Shown: positions 19,542 through 29,690, counted from the first letter of the stretch. The stretch: 64,000 nucleotides of DNA from Waterburya sp. (GCA_965217895.1 CBDCJV010000002.1:5142100-5206099); one strand, 5' to 3'. The notes: generated by a model from the letters alone, not told the origin. Program-made: numbers and translations.

Positions 19542-19825
19542 GAGTTACCTCTAGAAGCACGTCGCGTCTTCCACCACATCGAAATACCTGTTGTTGCCAA
19601 AAACAACAGGCCAATTCCGTTGAGAAAAGGATAGCTTTTTTGAAAATCGATAAAGCCAAAGTCGCCCTTATGCCAGTTAATAGCCCAACTAACCTGCTCT
19701 TCAAAACCTCCGAGATCGCCAATCTGATAAACGATTCCAGTAATGAGAGTAAGCAAGATTGGCAAAATCATAATTGGTGCCAACCAGCGATGCCATTGAC
19801 GTATTTTTGCAGGTTTAATTTTCAT
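19538..19825 (-). CDS. PepSY-associated TM-helix small membrane protein
   Basis: RQWHRWLAPIMILPILLTLITG; WH.G; LATTGISMWW. Confidence 0.75.
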   Translation of the reverse strand: MKIKPAKIRQWHRWLAPIMILPILLTLITGIVYQIGDLGGFEEQVSWAINWHKGDFGFIDFQKSYPFLNGIGLLFLATTGISMWWKTRRASRGNS

Positions 19826-19830
19826 CTTAG

Positions 19831-19863
19831 ATTACAAATTAAATGAGGTAGAAATGAGGGTAG
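19831..19863 (-). promoter_or_regulatory. Putative OmpR-type direct-repeat box plus -10 element, copy A
   Basis: Minus strand CTACCCTCATTTCTACCTCATTTAATTTGTAAT; 30/33 identical to 23183-23215. Confidence 0.7.
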
Positions 19864-19899
19864 AGAAAAAACATTTTTGCTGTTAAATTGTAATTAAAT

Positions 19900-20340
19900 T
19901 TAGGTAATCTTAACTAAAATTGAATCTCCTTCTACCTTGACTTCATAACTAGTAAGGGGTTCTGTGGCTGAACCTTTTAAGACTTCTCCACTACTACTAA
20001 ATTCAGAATCGTGACAAGGACAAAGAAATTTTTGCTGGTCTGATTCCCAATTCACGGCACAGCCTGCGTGGGGACAGGTAGGATTGACAGCAATTAATTT
20101 TTCTGCGTTAGTTGGGTCTTTAATAATTAAAGCTGGTTCATTTGCTGATTTTTTATTGAGAATTTGTCCTGTTTGCTCCAATTCGCTTACATTGCCAACT
20201 TGTTGAAAACCGCTTGCAGAAGCAGTAGTTTCAGCAGTAGCCTTGTCTTTAGTTTGGGTATCACAAGCAGTCAAAGCTGCTGGTAAGATACTCATTCCTA
20301 CTCCGATACCTACAAAACTGGTAAATTCTCGACGCTTCAT
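19900..20340 (-). CDS. Rieske 2Fe-2S protein with Tat-like signal
   Basis: MKRREF signal; CPHAGC..CPCHDSEF. Confidence 0.9.
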   Translation of the reverse strand: MKRREFTSFVGIGVGMSILPAALTACDTQTKDKATAETTASASGFQQVGNVSELEQTGQILNKKSANEPALIIKDPTNAEKLIAVNPTCPHAGCAVNWESDQQKFLCPCHDSEFSSSGEVLKGSATEPLTSYEVKVEGDSILVKIT

Positions 20341-20822
20341 TTGATAAAACCTGTTGCTAAGATGAATAAAATTTTTGGCTAGTAATTGATTGGGGAACAG
20401 TGCCGTTAAATCGAGCTAGAATAATTCCCCAATATAACCTTAGTTTTAGTGACAAAATGTCCAGACATACTTTAAATTACCTGTTCCAAAGGAAGAAAAT
20501 TATGAGTAATAGCTCCTTGAAGTAAAAATACTATTTGAAAACCATTTTTCTCTTCTCCTCTATAGTTGTGAAACTTTTTTTTCCAGGATCTCTTAAATCT
20601 GCGGTTTTTGTGGTCTAATTTTACTTGTTTTTTTAGGTTAGAGGAATGAGAAAATAAAGGCATTTTTAAAGTTATAAAAAAACGACATGATAAAAAAACT
20701 AGGCGAACATTTCTGCTGCAATTTCGGTCATACCCGTAGATAGCCAAACGTTAATAAATGATGTTTTTGATAATTCTGATTTATTTAAGAAGTAGAGCTC
20801 AAATTATCTACTGCCAGGGATT

Positions 20823-21428
20823 TCAAAATTTGAATGATGGAACTTGCATATCTTTGATTAGACCAGTCTTGAAATTAATTATCCAACCATGAATTTGAGG
20901 TGCATTATCTTTTTGTATACACTTACGCATAATTGAGGTTTGATAAAGGTTTTTTACTTGAACCATGACATTTAATTCCGCTAGACGATTAATCTTCTCT
21001 TCTTGGGTAGATAAAGAGTCTATTTCTCCTTGTTTATGAAGATATATCTCTCGGATGGGATTAACCCAATTATCAACCAATCCAGTGGTGTTTCCTTCTA
21101 AAGCAGCTTCGATACCTCCGCAGCCATAATGTCCACAGACAATAATATGCTGTACTTTTAAATGAGCGATCGCGTAATCTAAAATAGATAAGAAGTTGAA
21201 GTCTGTCAGAGATACTTGATTGGCAATATTGCGATGAACAAAAGTTTCTCTAGGTTCGGTTTGAGTAAACCTAGTCAAAGGCATTCGACTATCGGAACAA
21301 CCAACGTATAAGTAAGGTGGTTTTTGTCCTGCACCTAATTCGTTAAAGTATTCTGGTTCTGAGGCAAGTTTTTGAGCAGCCCAGTATTGGTTATTTTTCA
21401 GTAATTCTTCTATAGTGTAGTGAATCAT
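20823..21428 (-). CDS. Beta-class carbonic anhydrase
   Basis: GCSDSR, FVHRNIANQV, CGHYGCGG. Confidence 0.93.
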   Translation of the reverse strand: MIHYTIEELLKNNQYWAAQKLASEPEYFNELGAGQKPPYLYVGCSDSRMPLTRFTQTEPRETFVHRNIANQVSLTDFNFLSILDYAIAHLKVQHIIVCGHYGCGGIEAALEGNTTGLVDNWVNPIREIYLHKQGEIDSLSTQEEKINRLAELNVMVQVKNLYQTSIMRKCIQKDNAPQIHGWIINFKTGLIKDMQVPSFKF

Positions 21429-21564
21429 TTACAGTACTTAACGTTATTCAGCTTAAATAGTTGAAAAAATTGTCGGCATCAAGTTTTTGCTCGGAAATAA
21501 CCGTTTTTTTTCTTGTTTCTTCAGAGTTAGGGACATGACTCTTTTGATTTGGGATGTCGATAGC

Positions 21565-22266
21565 TTACGCTACTGTCCCGAAAAGTGTTCCGACGACTAT
21601 CGTAAGAGCCATTGCCAACGCTCCTAAAATTGTCATTCTCGCAACTCCGACAGCAATATTTGCACCACCAGTACGCGCAGCTAATCCCCCTAAAACTGCC
21701 AAGAATACCAATGAACCTATTGCTACACCGGGAATCATTAAGGTTTTTGGACTTAGTATGACTAGAATTAAGGGTAAACTTGCTCCCACTGCAAACGTAA
21801 CAGCAGATGCCAGCGCAGCCTGAATCGGTCGGGCTTGGTGTATTTCTGACAACCCCAGTTCATCACGGGCGTGAGCAGAAAGGGCATTGTGAGCCATTAG
21901 CTGACTAGCTACTTGTCGAGCTAGAGAGGGCGTTAAACCTCTATCTACATATATTTTAGCTAGCTCTTCTTGTTCAGAATCTTGGTCTTCCTCCAGTTCG
22001 CGCCTTTCGCGAGCTAGATCGGCCAATTCTGTATCGGCTTGAGAACTGACCGACACATATTCTCCTGCTGCCATAGACATGGCTCCAGCCACCAGTCCTG
22101 ATACTCCAGCGACAAGTACACCGCTCTTGACAGTATTAGCAGCAGCAACTCCTACGACTAAACTAGCGGTTGAGACAATGCCATCATTTGCACCAAGCAC
22201 TGCTGCTCGCAACCAACCAATTCGGTCTGTGTAGTGACGTTCAAAATGTTTACCTGTCTTGGGCAT
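21565..22266 (-). CDS. VIT1/CCC1 family metal transporter
   Basis: WLRAAVLGANDGIVS; GAMSMAAGEYVSV. Confidence 0.93.
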   Translation of the reverse strand: MPKTGKHFERHYTDRIGWLRAAVLGANDGIVSTASLVVGVAAANTVKSGVLVAGVSGLVAGAMSMAAGEYVSVSSQADTELADLARERRELEEDQDSEQEELAKIYVDRGLTPSLARQVASQLMAHNALSAHARDELGLSEIHQARPIQAALASAVTFAVGASLPLILVILSPKTLMIPGVAIGSLVFLAVLGGLAARTGGANIAVGVARMTILGALAMALTIVVGTLFGTVA

Positions 22267-22377
22267 ATTTTCTTTCTTTCCTCGTAGATCCTCTTATTCC
22301 AATGGGTTCGAGGGTTGTGTCGCTAATAATCAACAGGACAAGAATATTTTCGAGCAGGTAAACCAATAAAAATGCTG

Positions 22378-23112
22378 TTACCTGCTGGCAGGTTGCCTAT
22401 TTTCTAATTCAGCAGCTCGAACTATTGCTCCGCGCTTATCTTCAAGTACATGATGATAAAGTAAAGCAGCAGCGGCACCGCCAGCCAAAGGACCGAGCCA
22501 GTAAAGCCAAAAATATTTTAGTCCACCTCCCATCAACGCTGGTCCTAAATAACGAGCGGGGTTCATTGCCGCACCGCTTAAAGGACCACCCGCAAAAATA
22601 TCGAGAGCTACAGTCAAACCAATAAACAATCCACCCATTTTAGGAGCGCGAAAATCGATCGCCGTGCCAAAGACAACAAATACCAAGAAAAAGGTGAGGA
22701 TAAATTCCATCACCAAACCCATTATAGGAGTTTCTGCATTCCCCAGACCTGGAGTTCCCATGCTAACTGCTTGAAGTACATCCAGAGGAATTGCTAGCTT
22801 AAGCAAACTGGCAGCAAAAATTGCTCCTAAACATTGAGCCACAATATACCCAACAGCGTTTTTTGGGTCGATTTTGTTGGTTAGCCAAGCACCAAAGGTA
22901 ACGGCTGGATTGAGATGACCGCCACTAACCGCAGCAGTAGCACTAACCATAACTGCAATAGTAAAACCGTGTGCCAGGGCAATAGCAGCCAAGTCTACTG
23001 CCGTTCCCGTTATTCCTCCTCTAACAATATAGTTAGTGGCGATCGAGCCTACCCCAACAAAAATCAGGGCAAAAGTACCGATAAACTCTGCTATTAAAGC
23101 TTTGGAATTCAT
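22378..23112 (-). CDS. Aquaporin / MIP channel
   Basis: Two NPA motifs (SGGHLNPAVT, GAAMNPARY). Confidence 0.93.
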   Translation of the reverse strand: MNSKALIAEFIGTFALIFVGVGSIATNYIVRGGITGTAVDLAAIALAHGFTIAVMVSATAAVSGGHLNPAVTFGAWLTNKIDPKNAVGYIVAQCLGAIFAASLLKLAIPLDVLQAVSMGTPGLGNAETPIMGLVMEFILTFFLVFVVFGTAIDFRAPKMGGLFIGLTVALDIFAGGPLSGAAMNPARYLGPALMGGGLKYFWLYWLGPLAGGAAAALLYHHVLEDKRGAIVRAAELENRQPASR

Positions 23113-23182
23113 GATTTTTAGTTCCTCAGAAGTTTACAATTTGTTCTACCGATTTATCACTCTATTTAAGCTACTCGCTCAA

Positions 23183-23215
23183 ATTACAAGTTAAATGAGG
23201 TAGAAATTGGGGTAG
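23183..23215 (-). promoter_or_regulatory. Putative OmpR-type direct-repeat box plus -10 element, copy B
   Basis: Minus strand CTACCCCAATTTCTACCTCATTTAACTTGTAAT upstream of the aquaporin. Confidence 0.7.
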
Positions 23216-23223
23216 GAATAGCT

Positions 23224-24570
23224 TCAATTAATCGGTAATTTGACTTCAAAACAACTACCAATATTAAGTTGACTAGTTACTGAGATTCTGCCATGATGAT
23301 GCTCTGCGATCGCTTTAGCAATAGCTAATCCCATCCCCATACCTCCAGCCCTTCTGGTTCTAGCTTTATCTGCTCTCCAGAAGCGATCGAATACTAAGGA
23401 TAAATGTTTTGGTGCAATCCCAATTCCAGTATCTTCGATCCTGACCAAGACACTTTGTCGCTCTCGTGTCATGGTTACAGTGACTTTTCCGCCTGAAGGT
23501 GTATATTGCAAGGCATTTTCGATCAGATTTCTAAATAAACGCGATAGTTCGCTGTCATCTCCTTTGACTATGACTTCAGGTAGCAAATTAGATTCAAGAT
23601 TAATATTTTTTTCTTGAGCCGAAGATTCAAAAAGTTCGAGTAAATCTTCTAATATTTCAGTTAATGAAAGCTCAACCCAGGTTGTTTGATTCTGGAAATC
23701 GTCTGAATCCATTCTGGCTAACAACAACAAATTTTCTACTAGTTGGATAGTGTGGTCTGTGGTTGAGGCGATCGCGCCAATTTTTTTGAGGTCTTGAGGA
23801 TGCAGTCGCTCTGGATAATACTCCATCACCTGAACCGAGGTTTTAATAGCTGCTAAGGGACTACGCAGTTCGTGAGCAGCATCGGCAGTAAACTGTTTAA
23901 GTTGCTCAAAGCTTTGCTCGATTGGTTTAAGCGACTGCTTGGTCAGCCAGATGCCTCCCAAGCCTGTTAAGCCAATGATGCCAATCCCACCGACTCCTAG
24001 ACCCCAACGTAGGCGAGTCAAAATAACTTCGATCTCGTCAGTAACCTGACTAGCACGAATGTATCCTTCCAATTGTTTTCGATCATTACTACCGCTATAG
24101 GCTGGTAGAGTTAGAGTTCTAATTTTCTTTTGCCGTCCAAACTGCCATCCTGGCTGTAGAGGTAGTTCGTTTAATAATTTACCAGCATTTCCGACTAAAC
24201 GTTTTTGAGCATCAAACCACTCGACACCTTGATCTGGTTGACGCAAATCTTGCCAAGGAATATCTAAGTCGCCATCATTGTCGAGATAGCATCTAGTTTT
24301 GGCAGATGTCGGATTACCGATTAATCCTCGTTGCTGACGTTTTTCATAGTGAGCTTTAACTCCTACTAAATTATGAGAGGCAGCCTGGGCTAAAACTTCT
24401 AAACGCCGATCCATCTGTTCGTAGAGATTATGACGGGTATATTTATAGATTGCCAAAGCTGAAATACCCAAAATCGTCATCATTACAGTCATGTAAGACA
24501 GCAGCAGCCGCCATCTTAGTGCTTGGGAATGCTGAGGGTTAGATTTGTTGCAGACGATATCCAAAACCAT
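23224..24570 (-). CDS. Membrane sensor histidine kinase
   Basis: Two TM segments; FTADAAHELRSPL; NLIENALQY; DTGIGI; GMGMGLAI. Confidence 0.93.
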   Translation of the reverse strand: MVLDIVCNKSNPQHSQALRWRLLLSYMTVMMTILGISALAIYKYTRHNLYEQMDRRLEVLAQAASHNLVGVKAHYEKRQQRGLIGNPTSAKTRCYLDNDGDLDIPWQDLRQPDQGVEWFDAQKRLVGNAGKLLNELPLQPGWQFGRQKKIRTLTLPAYSGSNDRKQLEGYIRASQVTDEIEVILTRLRWGLGVGGIGIIGLTGLGGIWLTKQSLKPIEQSFEQLKQFTADAAHELRSPLAAIKTSVQVMEYYPERLHPQDLKKIGAIASTTDHTIQLVENLLLLARMDSDDFQNQTTWVELSLTEILEDLLELFESSAQEKNINLESNLLPEVIVKGDDSELSRLFRNLIENALQYTPSGGKVTVTMTRERQSVLVRIEDTGIGIAPKHLSLVFDRFWRADKARTRRAGGMGMGLAIAKAIAEHHHGRISVTSQLNIGSCFEVKLPIN

Positions 24571-25219
24571 AAACTGTTTCTATTAGATTGGCAGGCGCAC
24601 CAACCGCTTTTAGCTTTCTGCGTAATGTCTTCAGATGTACTTTTACCGTTTCTTCTGAAGGAGGATCGTCAAATGTCCACAGGCGATCGATAATCGTACT
24701 ACGACTTACTAATTTACCTTGTTGGCGCAACAATAAGTCCAATAAGCCATATTCTTTAGGAGTTAAGTGTATTGGTTGTTCTTGATAGGTAACTTGGCAA
24801 CTACTACCATCTAGCAGTAAATCTCCCCATTCAAGTACTGGAAGTAAATTGATGCTGCCACGTCTTAGTAAAGCGCGAATCCGAGCTAATAGTTCAGGTA
24901 GATCGAAGGGTTTGACCACATAATCATCTGCTCCCACATCCAAACCGATAACGCGATCGCTACTCATATCCCTAGCTGTTAACATTAATACAGGAGTCAT
25001 ACTACCAGTTCGTCGTAATCGCTTACATAAACTAATCCCATCTAATTTAGGTAGCATAATGTCGAGAATAATTAGATCGTAAACAGCAACTTCCATAAAC
25101 GCCCATCCTATCTCCCCGTCGGTTGCAGCATCTACAGCGTAATGTTGCCTATCAACTAAAACCTCTATTAATGCTGCTGCTAGTTGTTCGTCATCTTCTA
25201 CCAACAAAATTTTCATCAC
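24539..25219 (-). CDS. OmpR-family response regulator
   Basis: ILLVEDD, LDIMLP, GADDYVVKPF, winged helix LTPKEYGLL..ETVYGFGY. Confidence 0.93.
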   Translation of the reverse strand: MMKILLVEDDEQLAAALIEVLVDRQHYAVDAATDGEIGWAFMEVAVYDLIILDIMLPKLDGISLCKRLRRTGSMTPVLMLTARDMSSDRVIGLDVGADDYVVKPFDLPELLARIRALLRRGSINLLPVLEWGDLLLDGSSCQVTYQEQPIHLTPKEYGLLDLLLRQQGKLVSRSTIIDRLWTFDDPPSEETVKVHLKTLRRKLKAVGAPANLIETVYGFGYRLQQI

Positions 25220-25271
25220 AGTTTCTTGACTTCGACCAACAATTTAGAATAAGAGAATAAGCTCTGAGACT

Positions 25272-25437
25272 ATGGTAACTCCTTCAAGAGATGCAGCTTC
25301 AACAGTAGGTTTTTCGACCATTATTGCCTGATTTATCGCAGCTTATTTAGGGAAGTTAGACAGTTTGAATGCTTTAAATATCTTCATTAATGATTGATGA
25401 AACAGGAGACGCTGAGAAAGGAAAAAGTACTGATTAT
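25272..25437 (+). pseudogene. Internally deleted IS701-family transposase remnant
   Basis: Fragments read MVTPSRDAASTVG / DHYCLIYRSLFREVRQFECFKYLH / MIDETGDAEKGKSTDY, matching motifs of the transposase at 2-1326. Confidence 0.7.
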
Positions 25438-25843
25438 TGAAGAAAATGGTATAAGAGGCGACGAAATCGCTCTCTCGGAAATTATTATTGTCATGAGAGA
25501 TTAATAATTGTTACCAGATAAATTAATAAGATTAAATTTACAAATACCTTAGTAAAAGTCTGAATTTTCAAGATAAATAAAAAGATACTCTTCTAAAAGA
25601 AGCTTAAACTAGCAACTAAGCCTATTATGCCAATATGAGCTGGTTTTTTAACTATTTAATCTAGTTTTGCTCTTATAGAACCCATTTGGTATTTAATTAA
25701 CTGCTAATCTTTTGAGCATGAGTCAAGGTTTACCCATATGCACTTACCGCAAGCGTGGAATAAGCTTGGGTTTCCCAAGCATTTCCGCTTGTTAAGACCG
25801 CGCTCGTTCGCTGAATTAGCAACGCCATAAATTTTTTCACTGT

Positions 25844-26182
25844 TCATGGTTTACTGTTGATGGAAGATTGAGAAACTTTAGTTTCATTATGACGAGAGGC
25901 TTTCCAGATTCCCCAAGCAGCAATACAAACTGTAAAATTTCCCACTACGGTCATAGATGCCTGCAAGACAACCAGCCATTTAAGAGATTGAGTATTATCA
26001 AAAAAGTGCCAGGTACAGGCACACATAGCACTGACTAAAGCTGGTAACATAGCAAACGACAAGTTGTACCAAGCGCGATCGCCTGTAATTTCTCCATACT
26101 GCCAAATATAGTAAATAGCAGCAGCCCACTCAAGGACGCTTGATACATGAACTATCCAGGTTGGAATTGATAATGCGTGCAT
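25844..26182 (-). CDS. ycf49: Ycf49/DUF2499 membrane protein
   Basis: MHALSIPTWIVHVSSVLEW..MLPALVSAMCACTWHFFDN. Confidence 0.85.
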   Translation of the reverse strand: MHALSIPTWIVHVSSVLEWAAAIYYIWQYGEITGDRAWYNLSFAMLPALVSAMCACTWHFFDNTQSLKWLVVLQASMTVVGNFTVCIAAWGIWKASRHNETKVSQSSINSKP

Positions 26183-26191
26183 TACTGATGT

Positions 26192-26216
26192 ACGGGCGAA
26201 CGGCCGTTCGCCCCTA
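26192..26216. repeat. REP-like palindrome
   Basis: ACGGGCGAACGGCCGTTCGCCCCTA. Confidence 0.6.
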
Positions 26217-26238
26217 ACTGATTACTGATTTAATAGCA

Positions 26239-27207
26239 CTACTTAGATAGCTTATTTTCTAGCCATTCTATAACTTGCTTACCTAAGCCGACATTATTTA
26301 GGCGATCTATTTCTCTAATTCCTGTTGGACTAGTAACATTAACCTCTGTTAAATAGCCACCAATTACATCAATACCTACAAAATAGAGAGCGTCAGCTTT
26401 TAATTGAGGTGCAACCAAGGCACAAATTTCTTTTTCTCGCTCGGTAATATCTACCTTGACAGCTTTTCCTCCCACTGCCATATTGCCTCTAAAATCATTA
26501 CCGCTGGGAACACGATTAACTGCACCGATGGGTTCACCATCGAGCATAATAATTCTTTTATCTCCTTCTTTGGCAGCAGGTAAATATTCTTGAACCATTA
26601 CTGGTTCTCGCCCTCGGTAAGTGCTAACTTCAACTATAGAGTTAAAATTGCGATCGCCCGCTTCTAAAAATAAAATTCCCTCGCCTCCTTTACCGCCTAA
26701 AGGTTTTAAAACAGCAGATTTTTTCTCATCTACAAATTTGGCAATTACTAACTTATCCTGGCTGACAATAGTTTCAGGGATTATAGAAGTAAATTGTAGG
26801 GCATATACTTTTTCGTTAGCAGTTCTTAACCCTTGAGGAGAATTAACCACTAAAGTTTTACGGCGATCAATTAAGTCTAATATGTATGTCGTATACAAAT
26901 AAGGAACAGTAACAGGAGGATCGCTGCGCATAAATATAGCGTCCATTTCCTCCAAACAAGTTAAAATTTTGCCCTGAACTTGATACCAATCGGCTTCTGC
27001 CTGCCAATGTTCATCCACTAACTTCACGGGTTTAAGATCGACGGCTTGTAAATATCCCCAAGCTTTTCCCTCAATAATGCTCAATTGATTGGCAACCGTA
27101 ATCCAAACTTGATGACCTAATAACTGCGCTGCTTCCATCATGGCAACACTGCTATCATGTCCAGGATCTAGTTTGGCTATTGGATCGATGATAAATGCCA
27201 GCTTCAC
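26239..27207 (-). CDS. gshB: Glutathione synthetase
   Basis: MKLAFIIDPI..DSS; FMRSDPP; KEGDKRI; FVGIDVIGGYLTEVNVTSPTG. Confidence 0.96.
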   Translation of the reverse strand: MKLAFIIDPIAKLDPGHDSSVAMMEAAQLLGHQVWITVANQLSIIEGKAWGYLQAVDLKPVKLVDEHWQAEADWYQVQGKILTCLEEMDAIFMRSDPPVTVPYLYTTYILDLIDRRKTLVVNSPQGLRTANEKVYALQFTSIIPETIVSQDKLVIAKFVDEKKSAVLKPLGGKGGEGILFLEAGDRNFNSIVEVSTYRGREPVMVQEYLPAAKEGDKRIIMLDGEPIGAVNRVPSGNDFRGNMAVGGKAVKVDITEREKEICALVAPQLKADALYFVGIDVIGGYLTEVNVTSPTGIREIDRLNNVGLGKQVIEWLENKLSK

Positions 27208-27279
27208 TCTGTTTCCTTTGAGTAATTTCTTAATTTAGCTTCTAACTTCATAAGTAATAAGATACAGCTTCAGAATACC

Positions 27280-27537
27280 TCAATTCAACAAAGCGTCTAA
27301 TTCTCCATTGCTTTCTAGAGCATAAACATCCTCGCATCCGCCAATATGGCGATCGTTAATAAATATTTGCGGTAAGCTAGATTTGCCATTAGCTCTTGCT
27401 TTCATCTTATCTCTGGCATCTTCGTCTCCATCAATACAATATTCACTATATTCAACTCCTTTTTCGTCCAATAGACCCTTAGCACGAATACAAAACGGAC
27501 AACGACTCCAGGTATATATTTCTACTTTTGCTGTCAT
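27280..27537 (-). CDS. grxC: Glutaredoxin 3
   Basis: CPFC active site; LPQIFI..HIGGC. Confidence 0.93.
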   Translation of the reverse strand: MTAKVEIYTWSRCPFCIRAKGLLDEKGVEYSEYCIDGDEDARDKMKARANGKSSLPQIFINDRHIGGCEDVYALESNGELDALLN

Positions 27538-27707
27538 AGCTATAGTGAATATTAAGTATTATTACATTTTCTCCATTTTAGACTGATTTGTTAACTGAGT
27601 GAAACTTTTTTGCTAAATATCTTAGCAATGGTTCGGACAATTTTTGTAAAAGAGAGAAAAAAAGCCATCCACTGAATTAAGGTAAAAGTGTTGAAAGATT
27701 ACCTGCA

Positions 27708-29168
27708 ATGGATAGCGTCAAAACAATTATACAAAGCTTACTGATCTCGATGGGGGATTTAACACATCCTCAAAAGAAATTTATCTTGACCTTATTTTCA
27801 ACTCTGCTTGTAGGTTGCGGTAGAGCTAATTTTGTTAACTTAAGTCGTTATAGTCAAATCAGTGAGCGAACATATCGGCGACAATATCAACGTTCTTTTA
27901 ACTTCATCCAATTCAACCAAAAGCTAATAGAGCAAGCAATTGACTCTAAATCAGAGGTAATCCTAGCGGTAGACTGTTCTTTTATTCCCAAAAGTGGAAA
28001 ACGAACCTATGGTCTGGATCGCTTTTACAACGGCAGTGCATCAAGAGCAGAGAAAGGATTAGAGATTTCGGCAATGGCAGTAGTAGATGTAGGCAAAAAA
28101 AGGGGATACAGCCTCAGTGTTCAGCAAACACCAGCCAAGAACTCATCTTTAGAGAAAAATGAGCAACCAGAAACGACTAGGATTAATCACTATCTAGCTC
28201 AATTAGAAGTAACTGTTCCTTATTTACCCAGCTCCTTTGGAGCAAAAGTAACAAGTAGCAGATAACAGATAGCAATTAAGTAACTCCGAAGTTGGTCTAA
28301 AGCGCAGAGCCTGAAAGGCTCAGATCGTCGTCGAAGACGACTGGCAACGCGCAAGCGTTGCGCTCTTTAAAGACGAAAAAAAATAAAACACATTTCTTTG
28401 TTTCAATCCTCTTGTTTTAACGAGAGGTAAAATTGCTACTTGCTACTTGCTACTTGCTACTTGTGAACCAGCTCCCTTCGCTATGTAGTCAGTGATGGAT
28501 TCTACAGCAAAATTAAATGGGTCGAAGGAGTCACCAACCTCAAGCTAGAAGCAATCGGAAAATTACGACGGGATGCCAATTTACGTTATCCCAACCGAGA
28601 AGAATATTCAGGAAGAGGACGACCTCGTAAGTATGGCAAAAAAGTCGATTTAACCAACCAAAATAACTTTGAGTTGGTCACTCAATTATCTAACGGTATA
28701 GATCTTTACACCGCCGTTGTTTGGTCTATCAGTCTTAAACGCCAAGTTCGGATAGTCTATTTACTCAATAATTCAGCTTCTTCAAGCTATGCTGTTTTAT
28801 TTTGCACTCATCTTGAGCTTGATGCTTACTCGATTTATCTCTACTATAAATCTCGCTTCCAAATCGAGTTTGTGTTTCGTGATAGTAAACAGTTTACAGG
28901 GTTAGCTGATTGTCAGGCTCGCGATCTAAGCAAGCTTGATTTTCATTTTAATGCTTCACTCACTGCGCTCAATCTTGCCAAATTGGATACTGTTCAACAG
29001 CATAATTGTTCGACTAATTTTGTTTTTTCAATGGCAAGTTACAAACGCCGTGCGCTTAACTACCATCTGCTTGAACGATTTATTGACAAGTTAGATCTAG
29101 AGCCTACTTTAATTAAATCCCATCCCAATTACTCAAACCTTTATGACTACGGAGCTATTGCTGCCTAA
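27708..29168 (+). pseudogene. DDE transposase interrupted by a 240-bp insert; removal restores a 406-aa ORF
   Basis: AVDCSFIPKSGK..; join reads YLPSS|LRYVVSDGFYS; YKSRFQIEFVFRDSKQFTGL. Confidence 0.9.
28236..28475. mobile_element. 240-bp non-coding insert with heptamer-repeat inverted arms and an 8-bp duplication
   Basis: CCAGCTCC at 28228-28235 and 28468-28475; arms AAGTAACAAGTAGCAGATAACAGATAGCAATT / AATTGCTACT(TGCTACT)3; three-hairpin core. Confidence 0.85.
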
Positions 29169-29690
29169 TTTTGTCCGAACCATTGTAACTAATAACTAAC
29201 GTTTATCTAATCTTTTTTAAAGGCTAATAGCTAATAGCTAAAAACTAGCCACCACGAATGAAGGTAATTCACATTAAGCGTTACTTATTCCCATACTTGC
29301 GATCCAATTTGTCCATTTGAACGGCATAGACAAAAACTAGTACGTACTTTCTTCTATAATTTAAATTTTGAAATTAAGTTTATCTTGGTTTACTCTGGTA
29401 ACTTAGGCATTTGTAAATTTTGTAACTATTTTTACCAAACTTTGGCTCAAGAGATTTATAGGATTGTGCCATCAACTTGCGATCAACACCAGGGGAAAAA
29501 CTCAGGTATTTTGTTTAAATAGGAAATTGATAGTTCGTCGCTTACCGTTTTGTGGTTTTAAAGAACAAATTTTGTATAAACAATTGTCATATCAGGCTCT
29601 CTAATTCAGATTGAAGGTGCGAAATAAATGTTAAAACTCCTTTAGTTAATCAGATTATCAAATAAGAGCGATCGCAAGTAACTCATAAAT

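Larger units (their letters stand above)
27626..29185 (+). mobile_element. Insertion sequence (IS4/IS701-like DDE) with 15-bp perfect terminal inverted repeats
   Basis: CAATGGTTCGGACAA (27626-27640) / TTGTCCGAACCATTG (29171-29185). Confidence 0.9.

Noticed and set aside
27621..29190. Target-site duplication around the IS
   Set aside because: Flanks CTTAG and TAACT do not form a clear direct repeat.
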